The position numbers and the translations under genes are program-made. From Gammaproteobacteria bacterium (GTDB lineage Bacteria; Pseudomonadota; Gammaproteobacteria; GCA-001735895), in the NCBI GenBank assembly GCA_024224415.1, contig JAAENK010000343.1:1-47276 (forward strand): 47,276 bases of DNA, given 5' to 3'. Every line of letters begins with the position of its first letter. The stretch's first letter is position 1. A model generated the notes under the pieces. That model searched no databases, was not told where the DNA came from, and saw nothing but the letters and a program-made list of their open reading frames with translations. Of this stretch, positions 18,613 through 28,937 are shown piece by piece.

Positions 18613-19344
18613 ATGAAGGTATTAATCGTCGACGATGAAAAACCCGCACGCGACCGGTTAACGCGCATGGTCGATAGACTATCCGATTACGAGGTCGTCG
18701 GTCAGGCCGCGAGTGGTGATCAGGCGCTGCAACAGGCCGATGCCTGCGAAGCGGACATCATCCTGATGGATATCCGCATGCCCGGTCTCGACGGTATTCA
18801 GGCTGCCCGGCATTTGTCACAAATGCCGCAACCACCGGCGGTTATTTTTACTACAGCTTATGCTGACCATGCACTCGAGGCCTTCGAAACTCACGCAGTT
18901 GATTATCTGTTAAAACCGGTGAAGAAAGAGCGTTTGCAAAAAGCACTCGAAGCCGCAAAAAAGCCCACCCGTGCGCAGGTTGAACAAAGCAATGATGTGC
19001 TTGCCAATATAGAAGCACGGCAACATATTTGCGCTCGCGTACGTGGCAACCTGGTGTTGGTGAAACTCGACGATATTTATTTTTTTCATGCCGAACAGAA
19101 ATACGTCACCGTGCGCCACAAAGCTGGTGAAGTGTTAATTGAGGATCCGCTCAAAAGCCTGGAAAAGGAATTCGCCAACGGTTTTGTACGCATTCATCGC
19201 AATGCGCTGATCAATCTCAAATACCTCGCCGGAATGCGTGTGCAGGATGACGGTCAGCACGTACGCTTTAGCGAGATTGAAGATACCCTCGAAGTTAGTC
19301 GTCGGCATTTGCCCGCTATACGCAAGATTATAAAAAATCTATAA
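18613..19344 (+). CDS. algR: LytTR-family response regulator AlgR
   Basis: REC domain (VLIVDDE...DIILMDIRMPGLDG) plus a LytTR domain (YVTVRH...FVRIHRNALIN). Closely collinear with P. aeruginosa AlgR and followed by hemC. Confidence 0.9.
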   Translation: MKVLIVDDEKPARDRLTRMVDRLSDYEVVGQAASGDQALQQADACEADIILMDIRMPGLDGIQAARHLSQMPQPPAVIFTTAYADHALEAFETHAVDYLLKPVKKERLQKALEAAKKPTRAQVEQSNDVLANIEARQHICARVRGNLVLVKLDDIYFFHAEQKYVTVRHKAGEVLIEDPLKSLEKEFANGFVRIHRNALINLKYLAGMRVQDDGQHVRFSEIEDTLEVSRRHLPAIRKIIKNL

Positions 19345-19377
19345 TCTGCGCGCCTTTACAGTCAATCAATCCAGCCT

Positions 19378-20310
19378 ATGCAAACAGAACTTAGCGAATT
19401 ACGCATTGCCACGCGCAGTAGCCCACTGGCGTTATGGCAGGCCGAAGAAGTCAGCCGACAGCTTGGCGAGCACTACCCGCAACTTAAAGTGACGCTGGTG
19501 CAAATGAAAACCCGCGGCGACAAGTTGCTCGATGCGCCGCTGGCCAAGGTCGGCGGCAAGGGTTTGTTCGTCAAGGAACTCGAAACCGGTATGCTCGAAG
19601 GCCGTGCTGATATTGCCGTGCATTCGATGAAAGATGTGCCGGTGAGTTTCCCCGCAGGCCTGGAGCTAGGCCTGATTATGGCGCGCGAAGATCCGCGTGA
19701 TGCGTTTGTTTCGAACAAATACACTTCCCTGGCGGATATGCCAGAGGGTGCATTGGTGGGGACTTCCAGTCTGCGCCGCCAGACGCAAATATGCGAGCGT
19801 TACCCGCATTTGAAAATTGACTGGTTACGCGGTAACGTCAATACGCGACTGCGCAAGCTCGACGATGGTGAGTACGACGCCATAATCCTTGCCAGTGCCG
19901 GGCTCAAGCGCCTCGGTTTTAATGACCGCATCAAGGTCGCCATCGAACCCGAATTGTGCCTACCGGCGATTGGTCAGGGTGTGCTAGGTATTGAGATTCG
20001 CAGTGATGATGACGCTGTGCGGCAATTGCTTGCCCCGCTGGGCGATGCCGAGACGACCACCCTGATTACGGCGGAGCGCGCGTTGAATAAAACTCTGAAC
20101 GGCGGTTGTCAGGTGCCTATCGCTGGCCACGCAATTTTTCAACAAGATGAGATTTACCTGCGCGGTCTGGTCGGAGAACCAGACGGTAGCCGCATATTAC
20201 GTGCTGAAATTCGGGGTAAAGCTGAAAATGCTGAGCAACTCGGGGTGTCGTTGGCCGAAGATTTAATTTCGCAGGGCGCGGACAGTATCCTCGCCAGTAT
20301 TCAGGATTAA
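19378..20310 (+). CDS. hemC: Hydroxymethylbilane synthase (porphobilinogen deaminase)
   Basis: [21 protein letters not shown] and GTSSLRRQ motifs; 310 aa. Confidence 0.95.
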   Translation: MQTELSELRIATRSSPLALWQAEEVSRQLGEHYPQLKVTLVQMKTRGDKLLDAPLAKVGGKGLFVKELETGMLEGRADIAVHSMKDVPVSFPAGLELGLIMAREDPRDAFVSNKYTSLADMPEGALVGTSSLRRQTQICERYPHLKIDWLRGNVNTRLRKLDDGEYDAIILASAGLKRLGFNDRIKVAIEPELCLPAIGQGVLGIEIRSDDDAVRQLLAPLGDAETTTLITAERALNKTLNGGCQVPIAGHAIFQQDEIYLRGLVGEPDGSRILRAEIRGKAENAEQLGVSLAEDLISQGADSILASIQD

Positions 20311-21089
20311 TGGCCGGACAGCATCAGGCTGTACTGCACGAGCACTGTATTTTAAATACACGCCCCGCGCATCAGCAGGCTGGTTTGCAGGCTTTGCTGG
20401 AGGCGCAGGGTGCACAGGTTTTATCATTTCCATCGATTGAAATCGCCGAAGTAGAGCATACTCGATTGATAACCGGTATCGAGAATTACCAGATAGCTAT
20501 ATTTGTTAGCCGTAATGCGGTAGATGGCACATTTCGGTTATTGCCCGATACTTCGTTGCCCGCGCATCTGCAACTTGCGGTAATCGGTGAAGGTACTTTC
20601 CAGGCGCTTGTGAAACGGGTAAATGACCTCGATCAACGCCTGATTCGAAGCGAGCCCTATAATAGCGAAGGCCTGTTACGTGCCGGGGCACTGCAGCGGG
20701 TTGCGGGTAAGGAAATTGTGATCTTCCGAGGTCAACAGGGTAGAACTTTGTTGGCCGACGAACTGACCGCACGTGGTGCGTTGGTCAGTCAGTGTGAGGT
20801 TTATCATCGGCGTTTACCAACTTATGCCGAGCATCACTTTGCCGAACTCACTGCGAAACGGTTCCCGACATTGACATTATTCACCAGCACCGAGGGTATG
20901 CATAATCTGATGCAGCTTGTCGATCAACGCTCAGGAGAGAGCCTGTTAACCATACCCTGGTTGTTGATTAGCGAAAGAATGCGTGAATCGGCTCTTAAAC
21001 TGGGACATAATGCAGAGATATTAATCGCCGCAAAAGCAAGCGACGAAGGCATACGGCAAACGATAGTCGATTGGGTACAGCAAAGCTAA
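20310..21089 (+). CDS. hemD: Uroporphyrinogen-III synthase
   Basis: 259 aa. Start overlaps the hemC stop (TAATG). ILNTRPAHQ and FVSRNAV are HEM4-like patterns, and the position is conserved. Confidence 0.85.
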   Translation: MAGQHQAVLHEHCILNTRPAHQQAGLQALLEAQGAQVLSFPSIEIAEVEHTRLITGIENYQIAIFVSRNAVDGTFRLLPDTSLPAHLQLAVIGEGTFQALVKRVNDLDQRLIRSEPYNSEGLLRAGALQRVAGKEIVIFRGQQGRTLLADELTARGALVSQCEVYHRRLPTYAEHHFAELTAKRFPTLTLFTSTEGMHNLMQLVDQRSGESLLTIPWLLISERMRESALKLGHNAEILIAAKASDEGIRQTIVDWVQQS

Positions 21090-21098
21090 GCAGAATCT

Positions 21099-22280
21099 AT
21101 GAGTGACAAAACCACAGACGAAAACAGGGAAACAACCGATGCCAACGACAGTGTCGATATGCCAATCGAAGATACTGGCATTAAAATAGTCGAAACACCG
21201 GAAAAGTTGGAAGAACCTGAGCTGGAAAAAGCTGATAAAGATACCCTGGCTGAACGACCGCGTAGAGGCTTTCCATGGTTCGGGGTGTTTAATTTTTTGC
21301 TGATACTTGGCTTAATCGCGGCAGCAGGTTATTTCTGGCAACTCCAGCAAAAGACCGAGGCCGAAAAGCAGGCTGCATTTGACACCTTGAAAAAACAGAT
21401 AGCCAGCAAAGCCGAGAGTAGTCAGATAGAGTCTGGTCTGCAGCCGCTGGAATCGGGCCTGGCTGAAATTACCCAACGCATCGCAGGCCTGCAACAGCAA
21501 CAGAAGGACTTGCAGGGTTCCAGTGAACAGCTCTACGAATTATTTGGTCGTGACCAGAATGGCTGGCAACTTGCCGAAGTCGAGTACCTGATGCGCATTG
21601 CGCAGCACAAATTGATTCTGGAAAATGATTTTGAAGGCGCGGCACTGACCTTGCAGGCCGCCAGTGACCGTATTGCCAGTACCGGCGATCTGGGACTATT
21701 ACCGGTACGGGTAAAAATCAGCGATGAAATTGCGGAGCTGAAAACCCGCACCCGTGCTGACCTGGTGGGCATGACATTAAAGCTATCGCAGCTAGCGCAG
21801 CAAATTCGTTCACTAAGACCAGGGTTTCAACCGCGTACCGATGCACCGTTCAAAACCGAGCCAGAAACCGCTTTGGTACCCGAAGCAGATTTCATGGATC
21901 AGGCCAAATCATTGCTGGGCTCGCTGGTGAGCGTCAAACGCGAAACCGACCTGCCGCCGACACAAACCGAAGCGCTGGTTATAAATGTCGGTGAAACCCT
22001 GGAAGATAATCTCAAGCTAACGCGCTGGTCGGTACTGGAGCGCGATGCCATTCAATACCGTCGGTTGATGAAAGAAAATATCGAGTTATTCCGGCAATAT
22101 TACAATCTCGACAATGCCGCCAATCATGATTTTCTCAGCCAGTTAGAAGCGTTGCAAAAAGCCGAAATTAAACCCGAAAAGCCCGATATCATGGGATCAC
22201 TGGAAATGCTAAGGAAAATTATCAGTAAGCGCGACAATGCTGCTGAACAACCAATCGGCGAGGACGGCGACAATGTTTAA
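21099..22280 (+). CDS. hemX: HemX-type membrane protein (often annotated uroporphyrinogen-III C-methyltransferase)
   Basis: Acidic N-terminus, a single TM (FGVFNFLLILGLIAAAGYFW), a coiled-coil, and a WQLAEVEYLMRIAQHKL block. Conserved position after hemD. Confidence 0.8.
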   Translation: MSDKTTDENRETTDANDSVDMPIEDTGIKIVETPEKLEEPELEKADKDTLAERPRRGFPWFGVFNFLLILGLIAAAGYFWQLQQKTEAEKQAAFDTLKKQIASKAESSQIESGLQPLESGLAEITQRIAGLQQQQKDLQGSSEQLYELFGRDQNGWQLAEVEYLMRIAQHKLILENDFEGAALTLQAASDRIASTGDLGLLPVRVKISDEIAELKTRTRADLVGMTLKLSQLAQQIRSLRPGFQPRTDAPFKTEPETALVPEADFMDQAKSLLGSLVSVKRETDLPPTQTEALVINVGETLEDNLKLTRWSVLERDAIQYRRLMKENIELFRQYYNLDNAANHDFLSQLEALQKAEIKPEKPDIMGSLEMLRKIISKRDNAAEQPIGEDGDNV

Positions 22281-23469
22281 GCTGATAGTGCGTTCATTAA
22301 TTCTGATTATCGTCGTGCTCGGTGCAGTCTTACTGGTGAAAGACGATCCAGGTTTTGTACTGATTAAATACGCCGATTTTTCCGTTGAAACCAGTCTGGC
22401 CTTTGCAATTGTGGCGATGATCGTCGCTATGGTGGTGATCCTTTTTGCATTACGCCTATTGCGCGGCATCTGGCACTTACCCGACTCGATGAGGCAGCAA
22501 TCAGAGAAACGTCGCCTGACCCGAAGTCGTAAATTACTGAATCAGGGTTTGATCGATCTAGCCGAGGGCAAATTCGCGCAGGCCGAAAACAATTTGATCC
22601 GCCTGGTGGATTCTAGCGAAAGTCCGCTATTGCATTATCTGGCCGCAGCGCGCGCGGCACAATTACAGGGTAAACACGATGAGCGTGATAACTATTTAAA
22701 AGCCGCACACGAAGCCAGGCCGGAAGCCGAAATTGCGATAGGCGTTACCCAGGCGGAATTACAGCTGGCGCATCAGCAGGACGAGCAGGCCCTGGCTACC
22801 TTAAATCATCTACGCAGTATCGCTCCCAGGCACGACTACGTCGTCATGCTGCTGGCGCGGGTTTATTGCGAACTCGAGGACTGGCAGCCACTGGTGGATA
22901 TGTTACCCGAGGTACGCAAGAAAAAATTAATTCCAGACTATCGGCTGAAAAAAATGGAAGCGCAGGCCTACCAGGGTATGCTCGATGCCGTGGCGATTAG
23001 TGGCGACGTTATTGCACTGGAAAAAGCCTGGTACAAAATTCCAGGGTCAAACCGAGCCGAACCGGGATTGTTATTACATTATATTGGCCTGGTCAATCAA
23101 CTTGGGGTCAAACTTGATAGCGCCGAGAACCTGATAATTAAGGCGCTGGAGCAAGGCTGGGATGATCGCATGATTGAAGTATACGGTGAGTATCAGGCAA
23201 GCGACGTTAATGCCCAGCTCAAGCAGGCGGAAAAGTGGCTCACCGATTATAGCCAGAACGAAAACCTGCTATTGGCGTTGGGAAGAATTTGCATGCGTGC
23301 GCGCCTCTGGGGTAAAGCCCAGGGCTATCTCGAGGCCAGTATCGGCATTCGAGCAAAGCCAGCCTGCTGCCTGGCGCTTGCCGAATTGTTTGGCGAGCAT
23401 TTGAAAGAACAGGAAAAAGCTTCAAAGTATTATCAAATGGGTCTGGAACTTAGTTTGAAAAATGGTTAA
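22273..23469 (+). CDS. hemY: HemY-type inner membrane protein with TPR-like repeats
   Basis: The ATG at 22273 overlaps the hemX stop. Two N-terminal TM segments and a TPR-like C-terminal region. Conserved position after hemX. Confidence 0.8.
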   Translation: MFKLIVRSLILIIVVLGAVLLVKDDPGFVLIKYADFSVETSLAFAIVAMIVAMVVILFALRLLRGIWHLPDSMRQQSEKRRLTRSRKLLNQGLIDLAEGKFAQAENNLIRLVDSSESPLLHYLAAARAAQLQGKHDERDNYLKAAHEARPEAEIAIGVTQAELQLAHQQDEQALATLNHLRSIAPRHDYVVMLLARVYCELEDWQPLVDMLPEVRKKKLIPDYRLKKMEAQAYQGMLDAVAISGDVIALEKAWYKIPGSNRAEPGLLLHYIGLVNQLGVKLDSAENLIIKALEQGWDDRMIEVYGEYQASDVNAQLKQAEKWLTDYSQNENLLLALGRICMRARLWGKAQGYLEASIGIRAKPACCLALAELFGEHLKEQEKASKYYQMGLELSLKNG

Positions 23470-24235
23470 GTATGACGCCAAAGCGGCGCTTAATACTGAT
23501 CGCAGTTACCAAAATCCCGAAATCATCAATCAACGTCTGAAGACCATCGAGGCGATGGGTTTACGCGCTGGCGAATACGTGCTCGATGCCGGTTGTGGCA
23601 CCGGGCTGTTAACTGAGCTGATATCAAACCAGGTCGGTGAAAGCGGCTATGTTAGTGGTGTTGATTTTAGTCAGGATATGCTCGATTTTGCTACATCGCG
23701 TTGTGAGTCGTTGGGCAATGTCACGCTTCGGCAGGGTAGCGTTACACAGCTCGAATTCGAAGATAGTTATTTCGATGCCGCTAGCTGTATACAAACCTTG
23801 CTGTATGTTGATGAAGTTGAAACCGCAATCACTGAATTACACCGTGTATTAAAACCTTGTGGTCGTGTGGCGATACTCGAAACTGACTGGCGAGGTCTGG
23901 TGATGAATAGTCCTGATCATCAACTCACCCGACACATTTTCGATGCCTGGGATGAAGCTGTGGCCAGCCCTAATCTCCCGACCAGACTGATACCGTTGTT
24001 GAACCAGTCTGGCTTTTCGTCAATCCGGGTACAGCCGATTCCGGTATTAAACACCAGCTATAGCAGACAGGGTTTTGGTGGAAGTATGCTCGACTTTATT
24101 GCTAAAAATGCAGTAAAACAAAAATTGCTGGATCAGGATCAGGTGGAGCAGTGGTTAAAGGGTTTTTTTGACCTCGCCGAGCAACAGGCCTTCTTCTTCT
24201 GTGTTAATCGATTTTTGTTTACTGCGGTAAAATAA
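23462..24235 (+). CDS. Class I SAM-dependent methyltransferase
   Basis: Motif I VLDAGCGTGLL; a post-I acidic residue; 257 aa. Start overlaps the hemY stop. Confidence 0.75.
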   Translation: MVKYDAKAALNTDRSYQNPEIINQRLKTIEAMGLRAGEYVLDAGCGTGLLTELISNQVGESGYVSGVDFSQDMLDFATSRCESLGNVTLRQGSVTQLEFEDSYFDAASCIQTLLYVDEVETAITELHRVLKPCGRVAILETDWRGLVMNSPDHQLTRHIFDAWDEAVASPNLPTRLIPLLNQSGFSSIRVQPIPVLNTSYSRQGFGGSMLDFIAKNAVKQKLLDQDQVEQWLKGFFDLAEQQAFFFCVNRFLFTAVK

Positions 24236-24275
24236 AACGGTTAGTATCCGCCTAAACCGTTATGAAGGCGATACA

Positions 24276-24635
24276 ATGACACAAGCTTATCAGGGTAGTT
24301 GCCACTGCGGAGCGATCAAACTTTCCTACGTTGGTGAAATTATCGAAAAGGCATTGCGCTGCACCTGCTCGATATGCTCGCGCAAAGGTGCAATGATGTC
24401 TACTGAAGCTATTCCTCAGGAGAATCTAAAGGTCGAAATAGAAGGCGATAACCTCGGTCTTTACAAGTTCGATAGCAAGATCGCGAAACACTATTTCTGC
24501 AAAACCTGCGGTATTTATACTCACCATGAAACCATGCGTACGCCTGGGCATATGCGCGTTAATCTGGGCTGTATCGATGGAGTGGAAACCGATGATTTGG
24601 AAGTGACTGTTTTTGATGGGAGGAATTTGCTTTGA
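24276..24635 (+). CDS. GFA (glutathione-dependent formaldehyde-activating enzyme / CENP-V) family protein
   Basis: 119 aa with a Cys pattern typical of GFA zinc sites: CHCG...CTCSIC...CKTCG. Confidence 0.75.
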   Translation: MTQAYQGSCHCGAIKLSYVGEIIEKALRCTCSICSRKGAMMSTEAIPQENLKVEIEGDNLGLYKFDSKIAKHYFCKTCGIYTHHETMRTPGHMRVNLGCIDGVETDDLEVTVFDGRNLL

Positions 24636-26182
24636 AAGTAAAACCACAGAACATCCTTATTGTCATGGTTGACCAGCTCAGTGCCAAGGCTACGGGCTGT
24701 TATGGAAATACCGAAGTTAAAAGCCCAAACATAGATCGCCTTGCGAAAGAAGGTGTTCTATTCGAATCGGCATATTGTAGCAGCCCGCTTTGTACACCGG
24801 CCCGCTATGCCTTTATGACAGGGCAGAATGTTTCGCAATGTGGTGGTTATGATAATGCAGCCTACATGCCTGCGACGATGCCAACCTTCGCACATTATTT
24901 GCGCCTGATGGGCTACAAAACCTGTTTGTCTGGCAAGATGCATTTTGTCGGTGCTGATCAATTGCATGGCTTTGAAGATCGTGTCACTACCGACGTCTAT
25001 CCCGCTGACTTCGGCTGGATTCCAGACTGGACCAGACCCGATGAACGTATTGATTTGTGGTATCACAATATGTCGAGCGTCAAGCAGGCTGGTATAGCGT
25101 CGATCACCAATCAACTTGCCTACGATGACGAAGTTGGCGCTCAAGCGATGCGCACTATTTACGAGCATGCACGTAGTGAAGACGAGCGGCCCTTGTGCCT
25201 GGTGGCGAGCTTTATTCATCCGCACGACCCTTATGCAACACGACAGAAGTACTGGGATTTATACGATGAGGTCGATATTGCGCTGCCGTCGGTATCAAGG
25301 CCAGCTAGACAGGATGCGCATAATAAGCGCCTGGAAAAGGTTATCGCACTCGATGCAGTCGACGTCAGTGATGAGGAAATCATCAATGCACGTCGGGCAT
25401 ATTACGGTAATGTGTCTTACGTCGATGAATGGCTCGGACGTCTGCGCACGACACTGGATGATTGCGGCATGGCCGACGATACCACAATCATATTCACCTC
25501 GGATCACGGCGACACGCTCGGTGAATTTCGGCTCTGGTACAAAATGAGTTTACGCGAATGGTCCTGCCGTAGCCCGCTGATCGTACATCAACCCAAACGT
25601 TTCGAACCGCGACATATGGCTCAACCAGTGGCGCACGTGGATGTGTTACCGACCCTTGTCGATATCGCCCACGAAGCGACTGGTCGACCAAGGCCCGATG
25701 CCATCGATCCGCTACACGGTCGCTCGCTAATACCTTTGTGTGATGGTGATGCGAGCAAAGATCCGAATGCCTGTGTCTGTGAATACCTCGGTGAAGGCAC
25801 CACAGCGCCGATGTTGATGATCCGTCGAGGACAATATAAATATATCTGCTGCCCGACCGATCCGGAACAATTGTTTAATTTGCAGGAAGATCCCGACGAA
25901 CTCAACAACCTGGCTGAGCAGCCCTCGGAGACCCTCGAAGATTTCCGCCGCGAGGTGGCAGACTACTGGGATGTCGATGCCGTCAAACAAAAAGTCATAC
26001 ACGAGCAAAAACGTCGGCGTGCCGTGCATGCTGCGTTACGCATCGGCCGCTACCAGGGTTGGGACTTTAACCCGGCGCGCGATGCCTCCGAGGAATATAC
26101 ACGTAGCCATCTCGATTTGACGAAGTTCGATATCACCTCGCGTTATCCCAGGCCAAAGGCGTTTAAACCAAAGTGGAAGTAG
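24632..26182 (+). CDS. betC: Choline-sulfatase-like sulfatase
   Basis: The TTG start overlaps the GFA stop (TTGA). NILIVMVDQL, Cys-type motif SSPLCTPARYAFMTGQ, FTSDHGD. At 516 aa the length and N-terminus resemble BetC. Confidence 0.7.
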   Translation: MKVKPQNILIVMVDQLSAKATGCYGNTEVKSPNIDRLAKEGVLFESAYCSSPLCTPARYAFMTGQNVSQCGGYDNAAYMPATMPTFAHYLRLMGYKTCLSGKMHFVGADQLHGFEDRVTTDVYPADFGWIPDWTRPDERIDLWYHNMSSVKQAGIASITNQLAYDDEVGAQAMRTIYEHARSEDERPLCLVASFIHPHDPYATRQKYWDLYDEVDIALPSVSRPARQDAHNKRLEKVIALDAVDVSDEEIINARRAYYGNVSYVDEWLGRLRTTLDDCGMADDTTIIFTSDHGDTLGEFRLWYKMSLREWSCRSPLIVHQPKRFEPRHMAQPVAHVDVLPTLVDIAHEATGRPRPDAIDPLHGRSLIPLCDGDASKDPNACVCEYLGEGTTAPMLMIRRGQYKYICCPTDPEQLFNLQEDPDELNNLAEQPSETLEDFRREVADYWDVDAVKQKVIHEQKRRRAVHAALRIGRYQGWDFNPARDASEEYTRSHLDLTKFDITSRYPRPKAFKPKWK

Positions 26183-26242
26183 CATAAATTACCTGTCGAT
26201 TTTTCGGATGCAGTCAGTTCTGCACGCCGTATAATCGAGTCT

Positions 26243-27295
26243 ATGCAAACATTACCTGACGAAGAAACCCTCTACCAGGCGTTACTCAATCGCGATACAA
26301 GCCTCGAAGGGGTGGTTTATTTTGGTGTGAAAACCACTGGTATATTCTGCCGACCGAGCTGTAGCGCACGTAAACCGCTAAAACAGAATGTCGAGTATTT
26401 TAATTCGATTTCAGCAGCTATGAATAGCGGTTATCGCCCTTGCAAAATCTGTTCGCCACTGGCTAAAACCGGTGAACCACCCGACTGGTTAAATGCCCTG
26501 TTTAACGATATTCACGCCAACCCTGAAGAAAGTTATAAGGATGACGACTTGCAGGCGCGAGGTATCGATGCGACCCGCGTGCGGCGCTGGTTTCAGAAAA
26601 CCCACGGCATGACCTTTCATGCCTATTTGAAAGCACTGCGCATTAACCGCGCCTTCGAAAAAATGAAACACAACCAGGATGTTACAACTACTGCGATGGA
26701 TAGCGGTTACGAATCGATCAGTGGTTTTCATCAGGCTTTTCGTCATGTCACCGGCCTGAGCCCATCGCAGTCACGTCGACAAACATTGATTACCCTCAGT
26801 CAGTTCGCCACACCACTCGGTTCGATGTACGCCGGTGCCAGCGAGAAGGGCTTATGTTTTCTGGAATTTGTAGACCGCAAAATGATTGACGGCCAAATCG
26901 AACAATTACAAAAACAAATGAAAGCCAGTTTCGTAGCAGGCAAATCAAAGCTACTGGATCGGGTCGAACAACAGGTGAATGAATACTTTACCGGTGATCG
27001 CCGTGCCTTTGACCTGGCTCTTGATGTGCAGGGTACCGACTTTCAAAAGCAAGCCTGGGAGGCATTGCTGAAAATTCCCTATGGCGAAACCCGATCCTAT
27101 CAACAACAGGCCGATCGTATCGGCAAACCCAAAGCAGTGCGCGCAATTGCCAGCGCGAATGCGAAAAACCATATTGCGATAGTGATTCCCTGCCATCGGG
27201 TGATAGCCAAGGATGGTGGTCTGGCAGGGTTTGGTGGTGGGATATGGCGCAAGAAGTTTTTGCTTGATTTGGAACGTAGTTCGAATGCTGTTTAA
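26243..27295 (+). CDS. ada: Bifunctional Ada: methylphosphotriester-DNA methyltransferase / AraC-type regulator / O6-methylguanine-DNA methyltransferase
   Basis: N-terminal zinc site TTGIFCRPSCSAR...YRPCKIC, an AraC HTH in the middle, and a C-terminal PCHRV active site. Confidence 0.9.
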   Translation: MQTLPDEETLYQALLNRDTSLEGVVYFGVKTTGIFCRPSCSARKPLKQNVEYFNSISAAMNSGYRPCKICSPLAKTGEPPDWLNALFNDIHANPEESYKDDDLQARGIDATRVRRWFQKTHGMTFHAYLKALRINRAFEKMKHNQDVTTTAMDSGYESISGFHQAFRHVTGLSPSQSRRQTLITLSQFATPLGSMYAGASEKGLCFLEFVDRKMIDGQIEQLQKQMKASFVAGKSKLLDRVEQQVNEYFTGDRRAFDLALDVQGTDFQKQAWEALLKIPYGETRSYQQQADRIGKPKAVRAIASANAKNHIAIVIPCHRVIAKDGGLAGFGGGIWRKKFLLDLERSSNAV

Positions 27296-28278
27296 TCCTG
27301 CCCCAACAACATCCCAATAAATCGTTGTCGTGTATTACTTGAACGATCACGGAAATTAATAAACTGCGCATGCTGTCCGGGTGTATCAACATTCATATCA
27401 ATTCCCCAAAGCGGTGACAAACCGTTGGGCAACATCGAATAACGCAGGTCAACCAGTACATTCTCCCGCTCCAGGTCAGTTATGACATAATCTTCCGAAA
27501 AATATAAAAACCGTTCAATATCATGTTGCAGGGCTGCATCTGGATTTAGCTCTGGTATATAACGTTTGGCCTGTCCTCCCGCATAAATCCTGTTTTCAGA
27601 CCATAGCCCAACGCGGATGCCATCGACAAAGAAAATACCCTCGGATTCGTACACCGAGCGCCACAGCACCAGGTTCGCCATGGTGGGTTTCACCATCATG
27701 CGATCAACGGTATGGCCGCGTTGTTCGGCGAGCCTGGTGGCAGCATCAAAAGCATTTTGATGCTGCCAGAAACCAAAGAGTAGATAAGAGCCTGCGAGTA
27801 GCAGGCCAATTTGGCTGGCTCGTGGTTTTCGTTTTCGTATAGTGAATATTATCGCGATGATAAGAATCAGTGAAAATACCGGATCGATGATCGCAATGAT
27901 CCGCCAGGCAATACGTGCGTCACTAAACGGCCAGAGTAGTTGTGTACCATAACTGGTGCAGGCATCCAGAAGCCCGCTGGTTGCATAGCCCAGCAGGGTG
28001 AAGAATAATATTCGTCCGAAGCTAAGATGTTTGCGCAGAAAAGGCCATAAAATTACTGCCGCGAGTAGGCCGCCGATGGGAATAAAAATCAGTGAATGAC
28101 TGAAATGGCGATGAAACTCGATGTTGAGTAAGGGATCGTTGGTCGAGCGAATCAGAATGTCGGCATCGGCCAGCATGGCGGCCGCAAAGCCGACCACAGT
28201 GGCTATGCAAGTGTCTCTTTGTTTTGATGCAGCTTGCGCCAGCGTGGCACCAAGCAGGCCCTGAGTGATTATGTCCAA
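27292..28278 (-). CDS. Membrane-bound metal-dependent hydrolase (YdjM/DUF457-like) with C-terminal extension
   Basis: TTG start giving (M)DIITQGLLGATLAQAA; His-rich TM segments (FHRHFSHSLIF); 328 aa. Its stop overlaps the ada stop (TTAA, convergent). Confidence 0.65.
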   Translation of the reverse strand: MDIITQGLLGATLAQAASKQRDTCIATVVGFAAAMLADADILIRSTNDPLLNIEFHRHFSHSLIFIPIGGLLAAVILWPFLRKHLSFGRILFFTLLGYATSGLLDACTSYGTQLLWPFSDARIAWRIIAIIDPVFSLILIIAIIFTIRKRKPRASQIGLLLAGSYLLFGFWQHQNAFDAATRLAEQRGHTVDRMMVKPTMANLVLWRSVYESEGIFFVDGIRVGLWSENRIYAGGQAKRYIPELNPDAALQHDIERFLYFSEDYVITDLERENVLVDLRYSMLPNGLSPLWGIDMNVDTPGQHAQFINFRDRSSNTRQRFIGMLLGQD

Positions 28279-28473
28279 TATTATTTTGGCAGGTAGGTTA
28301 ACGACGGCACTCTATCATATATTCGCTGTTTGGAGGGCAGAGCATTTCGGCAAAATTGGATTGTGGTCCTCTATTTCGTTAGTGCATCCTGCAAACCAGT
28401 GCCGATAACGATTGATCTACTGACCCGACGCTACTATTCTGTTGTATCCAACCAAGGCCCCAGTATAAATTCT

Positions 28474-28932
28474 ATGACCCAAGTATTTCAGCCTGAAAAT
28501 CCTGATTTTGATACCCGTGTACGTCACAGTTTCGATCTGCAAAAAGCCATGACTACACTGGGTGCATCAATAGCCAAAGTCGAAGCCGGTAAAGTCATTA
28601 TCCACCTGCCTTTTGACGACAAATTAACCCAACAACACGGCTTCATCCACGCAGGGATCATCTCTACCGTGTTGGATAGTGCCTGTGGTTATGCGGCATT
28701 TTCACTGATGCCAAAAAACGCGGCGGTACTCACGATTGAATACAAAATTAACCTGCTGTCACCTGCCAAAGGTGATTGGTTTGAGGCGATTGGGGGCGTG
28801 AAGAAGCCCGGTCGAAATGTGACTGTTGCTGAAGGTGAAGTCTATGCGCATAGCGGTAGTGGTAAAAAACTCGTTGCCAGTATGGTTGGCACCTTGATGT
28901 CGGTTTATGATCGCGAAGGGATTGAGCACTAA
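28474..28932 (+). CDS. PaaI-family hotdog-fold thioesterase
   Basis: HGFIHAGIISTVLDSACGYAA motif. The ATG at 28474 is preferred because the upstream 48 codons of the track ORF look non-coding. Confidence 0.75.
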   Translation: MTQVFQPENPDFDTRVRHSFDLQKAMTTLGASIAKVEAGKVIIHLPFDDKLTQQHGFIHAGIISTVLDSACGYAAFSLMPKNAAVLTIEYKINLLSPAKGDWFEAIGGVKKPGRNVTVAEGEVYAHSGSGKKLVASMVGTLMSVYDREGIEH

Positions 28933-28937
28933 GGCTA

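Noticed and set aside
24758-25225. 155-aa minus-strand ORF inside the choline-sulfatase gene, and similar antisense ORFs at 10940-11419, 41631-42095 and 44015-44509
   Set aside because: All lie antisense to or overlapping strongly supported genes. They have biased Arg/Cys/His composition and no translation signals.
28279-28345. Possible LexA (SOS) box upstream of the YdjM-like gene: CTGTTTGGAGGGCAG
   Set aside because: The spacing is CTG-N9-CAG rather than CTG-N10-CAG. The flanks do not match TACTGT/ACAGTA, and the central region is GC-rich.
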